From positions 1 to 10,039 of the forward strand of contig JAFRVM010000107.1 in assembly GCA_017438505.1 (NCBI GenBank): a stretch of 10,039 nt of DNA, in the 5' to 3' direction. The notes beneath the pieces are model-generated. The model searched no databases, was not told where the DNA came from, and saw only the letters and a program-made list of their open reading frames with translations. This DNA comes from Clostridia bacterium (GTDB lineage: Bacteria; Bacillota; Clostridia; Oscillospirales; Acutalibacteraceae). The translations under genes were made by a program, and so were the position numbers. Below, one piece after another: positions 5,555 through 10,039 of the stretch (its first letter is position 1; each line of letters starts with the position of its first letter).

Positions 5555-8500
5555 ATGTCAAAGTTTACTAAGAGATTCCTTGGCGTTATGCTTTCCGTTG
5601 TTTTAATGGTAAGCATACTCGCGGTTGGTTTCTCCGCTTCCGCTATCGAAGAGTGGAGCGCAGCAAAGGCATCAAACGGCGGTTACCAGATGGGCGACCA
5701 GGTAACCTACAATGGCAGCACATACGAATGTATCGTTTGGTGGGTAGGCGCAAACAGCATCCCCGGCAGCGATACAACATCTTGGAAGCTTATCAGCGGC
5801 GGTAGCGGCAATGAAGGCGGCAACCAGGGCGGCGAAGGCGGCAATCAGGGCGGTCAGACCGGCAACGATCCCGGCGCACCCGTTCTTACATCCGTAACAG
5901 TTAACGTTCTTCAGACCCGTGACCCCGAAGAGTACATGGGCTGGGGCTACAGCTCAAGAGCGGCTACAGAGACTGATGTATCTCTGCGTAACTTCTCCGC
6001 TTGTAAGGCAATCAACCTCGTACCCGGCGACGATATCGTAGTTTACACACATATCCGTTCCGGTTCCTGGTATCTCGGTTCTTATGACGACTGCGCACGC
6101 ATTAAGGTTGACTCCCACGGCTGCATCACAGTTTCCGGTGCATCCTTTGGCTGGAGCGGCGTTACAGATAAGTCCACATGTAACTATCTCGCTACTCCCT
6201 CCTACGGCGGAATCACTCTTAAATATCAGTCCAACTCCGGCACACAGACAATCTACACCTCCCAGTATCTTTCTCAGCCCACAGACGGCGGCGTATACGG
6301 CGCAGGTGTTGACGAAGCAACTCTTGAAGATTGGGCAACTCTTAACGTAAACCTCGCTCTTACAGCAGAGGGCGGCGACCGTCAGGCCTTCTCCGTAAAC
6401 TATGTTCAGGACCTCATCGCAGGTCTTGGCGCTCCTGCCCGTACAATCGCCCGCAACTCTGAATTTGAAGCTTATGTTCAGGATCTCACAGCTTGGTACG
6501 CTCAGTGCAAAGCAGAGAACGACGACTACATGACCCATTACAACTATCAGTATTCCGATTACTATCTGCATGACGTATACTGCCAGGGCGTTTGGGATAC
6601 AATGCCCGCTCACTACGGCTGGGCTCAGGACGAGAACACAGTTCCCGGACGTATGATCGCTTCTCAGTACAACCTCAACGGCTATTCCTACGGTCTCGCA
6701 GGCGGCGGCCAGAACCCTTGGGTTCTCTGCGACTACCTTGAGAGAAACGCAGGCGTAGCAGGCACAGCCGGTGAAGGCTGGCAGTACGGCTACGACGAAG
6801 TAGCCGAGACTCCTTACCTCTGGAATGCTCAGTACGGCATCTTCCTTACCTATGAAAACGCACAGTCCCTGCAGGCAAGATGTGATTACATCAACAGCAA
6901 GAACCTCGCAGGCTGTATCATTTGGGAAATCTCCGGCGATCAGACAGCTACCTATGAGATGACCGCTATAATGAGAGACGAGCTCAAGAACAACGGCAAG
7001 CAGGTTATTGCTTACTTTACAAACTGGGCTGTTTACAACAAGTTCCATCAGTATCAGGATCCCACAATCCTTCCCTGGGATAAGCTCACAGTTATCAACT
7101 ACGGTTTCTTCCAGGTAGGCGGCTACTCCGAGGGTTATCCCGACAGACAGGGTTCCGTTCTTTATCCCGCAAACACACTTCAGTCTATGGACAGATGGGC
7201 AGACGACTACACAGTAGTAAGCACATCTGACGCAGCAAACGCTCCTAACATGCTTCTCTCCATGGCTGATATGGCAGCTCAGTATCCCGACGTTAAGATC
7301 ATGGCTTCCGTAGGTGGCTGGACACGCGGTGACGGATTCAACTCCATGGTTCAGACTGCTGCTACAAGAAGCACCTTCATCAACTCTGTTATCCAGTTTA
7401 TGAACAAGTATACATACTTCGACGGTATCGACTTCGACTGGGAGTATCCCACAGTTGACCGTCTGCCCGACTTCGATGATCCTAACGATATGGGTTCACC
7501 CACAGTTGAGGGCAACTTCTCCAAGTATGCCGACCTTATGGAAGAGATGAGAACAGCTCTCAACTCCACATTCGGTTCCTCCGGCAGAAATATGATCACA
7601 ACCTGCGCTCCCGCAGACCCCGACAAGCTCAGCACAGACCCCACCTCCATGGTAAGACTTGCTAACGCTTGTACATACCTCAATGTTATGACCTATGACT
7701 ATCACGGTGCATTCGATCCCATCATCGGTTATAACTCTCCTCTCTACACTCCCGCAGGCATGACCGAGGCCGTAGACGGCGCTCGTGCATGGTCCACCGA
7801 TTCCACAGTAGCTGCTTACAATGCAATCGGCATTGCCAACAGCAAGCTCAACATCGGTACTCCTTACTATTCCAGAGGCTGGGCCGGCGTTAAGACCGAT
7901 GCTAACGGCGCACCCATGGGCCTCCAGGATCCCACTCCTCTTGATATCGAAGTAACAAATTCTCTCGTTATCACAACTCCCGATTCCACAATCGGTGTTG
8001 GCGATACACTTGACGTTGCTTACACAGTTGCTCCCGCAGGCACAACAGTTACATGGACATCCAGCGACACAGCTGTTGCTACAGTTGACGCAAACGGTGT
8101 TGTAACAGGTGTTGCAGCAGGTACCGCTGTTATTACAGCTACAGGTTCCAACGGTCTGACAGATACTCTCAACGTAACAGTTGAAGCAGCAGCTCAGCCC
8201 GACATCCAGGCTTACATCTTCAAGGTAGGCAGCCAGAACGCTTACTGGGCAACTTATGACTATCCCTTCACAGTTGAAGTTCCCTGCCAGTATGTAGGCG
8301 GATTCACATACGTTCCCTTCAGAACTATTGCTACCGCTGCAGGCGCTAAGAGCGTATTCTACAACAGCAATACAGCTGAAATCACAATCGAAAACGCTTA
8401 CGGCATGACCTTCGTTCTTTCGATCGGTTCTACCGACATGCGTTACACGACCGATGGTGTCACATATTACGACGGCACTATAAACGCTGCTCCCACATTT

Positions 8501-8677
8501 ATCGACGGTCAGGTTTGTCTGCCCACTCGTGATACAGCTTCCATCACATTCGCAAGCGTTGCATACGTTTCTACCAGCAACGACGGCAGCGGTTATGTAA
8601 TCGTTTCCGAAACCGCATTTGACGAAGCCGGCAACGAGGCAGCTATTGCAGCTTACGACGCTAAGTTTGCCGCATAA
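5555..8677 (+). CDS. Secreted multi-domain GH18 chitinase. Domain order: signal peptide, CBM5/12, Gly/Asn/Gln linker, divergent GH18-like region, catalytic GH18 domain, Big_2, Cu_amine_oxidN1-type C-terminal domain.
   Basis: GGAGG at 5542-5546 is 8 nt before ATG 5555 (MSKFTKRFLGVMLSVVLMVSILAVGFSASA|IEE, with an AxA cleavage site). CBM5/12 pattern W..Y..GD.VTYNG..Y.C..WW......W. GH18 motifs KQVIAYFTNW, SVGGWTRG, FDGIDFDWEYP (7421-7450), MTYDYHG and GTPYYSRGW. Big_2-like stretch TIGVGDTLDVAYTVAPAGTTVTWTSSDTAVATVDANGVVTGVAAGTAVITAT. Cu_amine_oxidN1-like half-repeats GGFTYVPFRTIATAAGAKSVFYNSNTAEITI and IDGQVCLPTRDTASITFASVAY. Stop is TAA at 8675-8677. Confidence 0.92.
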   Translation: MSKFTKRFLGVMLSVVLMVSILAVGFSASAIEEWSAAKASNGGYQMGDQVTYNGSTYECIVWWVGANSIPGSDTTSWKLISGGSGNEGGNQGGEGGNQGGQTGNDPGAPVLTSVTVNVLQTRDPEEYMGWGYSSRAATETDVSLRNFSACKAINLVPGDDIVVYTHIRSGSWYLGSYDDCARIKVDSHGCITVSGASFGWSGVTDKSTCNYLATPSYGGITLKYQSNSGTQTIYTSQYLSQPTDGGVYGAGVDEATLEDWATLNVNLALTAEGGDRQAFSVNYVQDLIAGLGAPARTIARNSEFEAYVQDLTAWYAQCKAENDDYMTHYNYQYSDYYLHDVYCQGVWDTMPAHYGWAQDENTVPGRMIASQYNLNGYSYGLAGGGQNPWVLCDYLERNAGVAGTAGEGWQYGYDEVAETPYLWNAQYGIFLTYENAQSLQARCDYINSKNLAGCIIWEISGDQTATYEMTAIMRDELKNNGKQVIAYFTNWAVYNKFHQYQDPTILPWDKLTVINYGFFQVGGYSEGYPDRQGSVLYPANTLQSMDRWADDYTVVSTSDAANAPNMLLSMADMAAQYPDVKIMASVGGWTRGDGFNSMVQTAATRSTFINSVIQFMNKYTYFDGIDFDWEYPTVDRLPDFDDPNDMGSPTVEGNFSKYADLMEEMRTALNSTFGSSGRNMITTCAPADPDKLSTDPTSMVRLANACTYLNVMTYDYHGAFDPIIGYNSPLYTPAGMTEAVDGARAWSTDSTVAAYNAIGIANSKLNIGTPYYSRGWAGVKTDANGAPMGLQDPTPLDIEVTNSLVITTPDSTIGVGDTLDVAYTVAPAGTTVTWTSSDTAVATVDANGVVTGVAAGTAVITATGSNGLTDTLNVTVEAAAQPDIQAYIFKVGSQNAYWATYDYPFTVEVPCQYVGGFTYVPFRTIATAAGAKSVFYNSNTAEITIENAYGMTFVLSIGSTDMRYTTDGVTYYDGTINAAPTFIDGQVCLPTRDTASITFASVAYVSTSNDGSGYVIVSETAFDEAGNEAAIAAYDAKFAA
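5651..5797 (+). other. CBM5/12 (ChtBD3) chitin-binding module within chitinase 1.
   Basis: EWSAAKASNGGYQMGDQVTYNGSTYECIVWWVGANSIPGSDTTSWKLIS matches the aromatic and Gly spacing of family 5/12 CBMs. Confidence 0.7.
5813..5854 (+). repeat. Tandem 21-bp direct repeat x2 (gaaggcggcaaYcagggcggY) encoding EGGNQGG twice in the linker.
   Basis: Units at 5813-5833 and 5834-5854 are 19/21 identical. Confidence 0.5.
7001..7885 (+). other. Catalytic GH18 (beta/alpha)8 core of chitinase 1, covering beta1 through the beta7 motifs.
   Basis: YFTNW, DGIDFDWEYP, MTYDYHG and YYSRGW motifs are present. There is no GGxMxWExxxD segment downstream before Big_2 starts at about 7958. Confidence 0.75.
7958..8185 (+). 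other. Big_2 (bacterial Ig-like group 2) domain of chitinase 1.
   Basis: Thr/Val/Ala-rich beta-sandwich signature ...DTLDVAYTVAPAGTTVTWTSSDTAVATVDANGVVTGVAAGTAVITATGSNG... Confidence 0.7.
8204..8674 (+). other. Cu_amine_oxidN1-like C-terminal domain (two half-repeats). In Clostridia this is typically a cell-surface association module.
   Basis: VPFRTIATAAGAKSVFYNSNTAEITI resembles the VPLRxVAEALGAKVxWDxxTKTVTI consensus. A second half-repeat is IDGQVCLPTRDTASITFASVAYVS. Confidence 0.6.
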
Positions 8678-8705
8678 TTGCAGCTAATCGCTTGTAAAAC
8701 CTAAT

Positions 8706-8740
8706 ATTTAGCCCTCGGCAGATCCTGTTGGGGGCTAAAT
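8706..8740 (+). terminator. Weak inter-chitinase hairpin, ATTTAGCCC / GGGCTAAAT with a structured loop. Only TT follows the stem.
   Basis: A 9-bp perfect stem with extra pairing in the loop. The poor U-tract suggests a partial terminator, or RNA processing or stability element, between the two chitinase genes. Confidence 0.3.
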
Positions 8741-8761
8741 TTATCAAAACGGGAGGTACAC

Positions 8762-10039
8762 ATGAAAAAAATAATCAGTATTTTACTTTCTTTTGTTATG
8801 ATTTGTTCCGCTTTTTGTTTCAGTGCCTTCGCAGCTCCTGTTAAGGCTGAAGCTGCAGGCGAACAGTATGTTTGTTTAGGCTACCTTGCCGACTGGATGT
8901 TCGATTCCCAGTCCGACCTTCGCGCAATCGACTTTAACAAGCTCACTCATGTAAACTTTGCATTCTCTCTTATAAATTCCAGCACATATCTGCCTGAAAT
9001 CGGCTCCCCCTCCAAGCTCGTTATGATTACAAACGAGATTGCACGTCAGGGCGCCGACACAAAGGTAATGATCTCCATCGGCGGATGGGGCGCAGGCTAT
9101 TTCTGCGAGGCTTGTAACTCCGCTTCCAGAAGAACAGCTTTTGCCAACAGATGCGCAAGCTGGTTTGATCAGTACAACATCGCCGGTATCGACCTTGACT
9201 GGGAATACCCCGGCGACGGCGTTGCGGGCATCTCTTACTGCTCGAACGATAAGACTGACTTTACTGCTCTTATGCAGGCAATCCGCAATGCTATCGGAAG
9301 CAACCGTCTTCTCACTATGGCAGGCGGCGCAAGCGCATCCCGTGCATCTCAGCTTGAGTGCTCCAAGCTCGCCGGTATCCTCGACTTTGTAAACCTGATG
9401 AACTATGACTACAACAGCACCAACCATGCAAGCTTCTCCCAGACAAAGTCTTCGGCACAGGCATGGGTAAACGCAGGTTTCTCCAAGAAGCAGATCAACA
9501 TCGGTCTTCCCTTCTATGCAAGAAGCACATCCTCCACATGGGACTGGATGGACTATGTTGACCTCGTTCCCCGCATTCTCAACGGTCAGATCACCGTTAC
9601 AACAGTTACCGACGAATCCTACGGTATGGCTAACGGTCAGAAGATTTCCTTCGATACTCCCGAACAGATTAGAAAGAAAGACCTTTGGGTTAAGGAACAG
9701 GGCTACGGCGGCGTTATGTGCTGGGAGCTCATGCAGGACTACAACGGAGACCTTCTCTCCACAATGTATGACTACATCAACGGCTCGGGCACCTATAACT
9801 CCCCCTATATTCCCATTCCCGGCATCGAGAACAACACAGTTGCTCTTGTTACCAACCTTCAGGCTACAAACGTAACTCAGACATCCGCAAGACTCACATG
9901 GACAGCTTCTGCTGACGCTGACTACTATCAGATTTACAGCGGCTCCACACTTGTAGGCACAACATCTTCCACATCCTACAATCTCTCCGGCCTTACCGCC
10001 AGCACCTCTTACACATATAAAGTAAGAGCCTGCACAAAT
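8762..10039 (+). CDS. Secreted GH18 chitinase with a C-terminal fibronectin type III domain. The gene is 3'-truncated by the window edge (open to the last base, 426 codons).
   Basis: GGGAGG at 8751-8756 is 5 nt before ATG 8762. Signal peptide MKKIISILLSFVMICSAFCFSAFA|AP. Complete compact GH18 motif set: CLGYLADW, THVNFAFS, ISIGGWGAG, IAGIDLDWEYP (9179-9211), NLMNYDYN, GLPFYARS and GYGGVMCWELMQD (9701-9739). An FN3-like stretch TNVTQTSARLTWTASADADYYQIYSG...YTYKVRA runs from about 9830. This gene is absent from the ORF track only because it has no in-window stop. Confidence 0.9.
   Translation, partial: MKKIISILLSFVMICSAFCFSAFAAPVKAEAAGEQYVCLGYLADWMFDSQSDLRAIDFNKLTHVNFAFSLINSSTYLPEIGSPSKLVMITNEIARQGADTKVMISIGGWGAGYFCEACNSASRRTAFANRCASWFDQYNIAGIDLDWEYPGDGVAGISYCSNDKTDFTALMQAIRNAIGSNRLLTMAGGASASRASQLECSKLAGILDFVNLMNYDYNSTNHASFSQTKSSAQAWVNAGFSKKQINIGLPFYARSTSSTWDWMDYVDLVPRILNGQITVTTVTDESYGMANGQKISFDTPEQIRKKDLWVKEQGYGGVMCWELMQDYNGDLLSTMYDYINGSGTYNSPYIPIPGIENNTVALVTNLQATNVTQTSARLTWTASADADYYQIYSGSTLVGTTSSTSYNLSGLTASTSYTYKVRACTN

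Noticed and set aside
5954-7048. 364-aa minus-strand ORF, plus 6084-6350(+), 7351-7683(-), 7496-7705(-), 8876-9427(-), 9141-9392(+) and 9516-9875(+), all inside the chitinase genes.
   Set aside because: They are antisense or off-frame to genes with unmistakable GH18, CBM, Big_2 and FN3 motifs. The GC-rich third positions of the real frame suppress stops in alternative frames. There are no RBSs and no recognisable protein features.
1-10039. CRISPR arrays, IS elements or transposase genes, integrases, tRNA or rRNA genes, and toxin-antitoxin or defence-system signatures.
   Set aside because: There are no spaced direct-repeat arrays and no terminal inverted repeats flanking a transposase-like ORF. 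No tRNA-like cloverleaf segments are evident. All sizeable ORFs are accounted for by metabolic, membrane-scaffold or chitinase functions.

Overview
By eye this is a Firmicutes, probably Clostridia-type, chromosomal segment. The supporting signs are strong GGAGG ribosome-binding sites, hairpin plus T-tract terminators, a Cu_amine_oxidN1 surface-anchoring domain and an nfeD-floT gene pair. All real genes but one are on the + strand. (1) The 3' part of argD (acetylornithine aminotransferase) is translationally coupled to argF (ornithine carbamoyltransferase). (2) A two-gene membrane-microdomain module follows: an NfeD-like protein and a flotillin (FloT/YqiK type). The NfeD-like protein carries an unusual His/Asp/Gly-rich loop. 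(3) Next is a monocistronic gene with its own extended -10 promoter and a terminator on each side. It encodes an extremely acidic Glu/Ala/Val low-complexity protein with a CECEEC motif and a DUF4190-like C-terminal two-TM domain. (4) A 54-aa single-TM protein lies on the minus strand and shares a bidirectional terminator with gene 3. (5) After a 360-bp AT-rich regulatory gap come two secreted GH18 chitinases. The first has a signal peptide, CBM5/12, a divergent GH18-like region, a catalytic GH18 domain, Big_2 and Cu_amine_oxidN1. The second has a signal peptide, GH18 and FN3, and runs off the window. The most unusual observation is that chitinase 1 has the canonical GH18 C-terminal signature (…YINSKNLAGCIIWEISGD) before the catalytic DGIDFDWEYP core. 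It looks like either a tandem degenerate plus truncated GH18 pair or a circular permutation. No tRNA, rRNA, CRISPR or mobile element is visible. Long antisense ORFs in the track are artefacts of GC3-rich, Ala/Glu-rich coding on the opposite strand.
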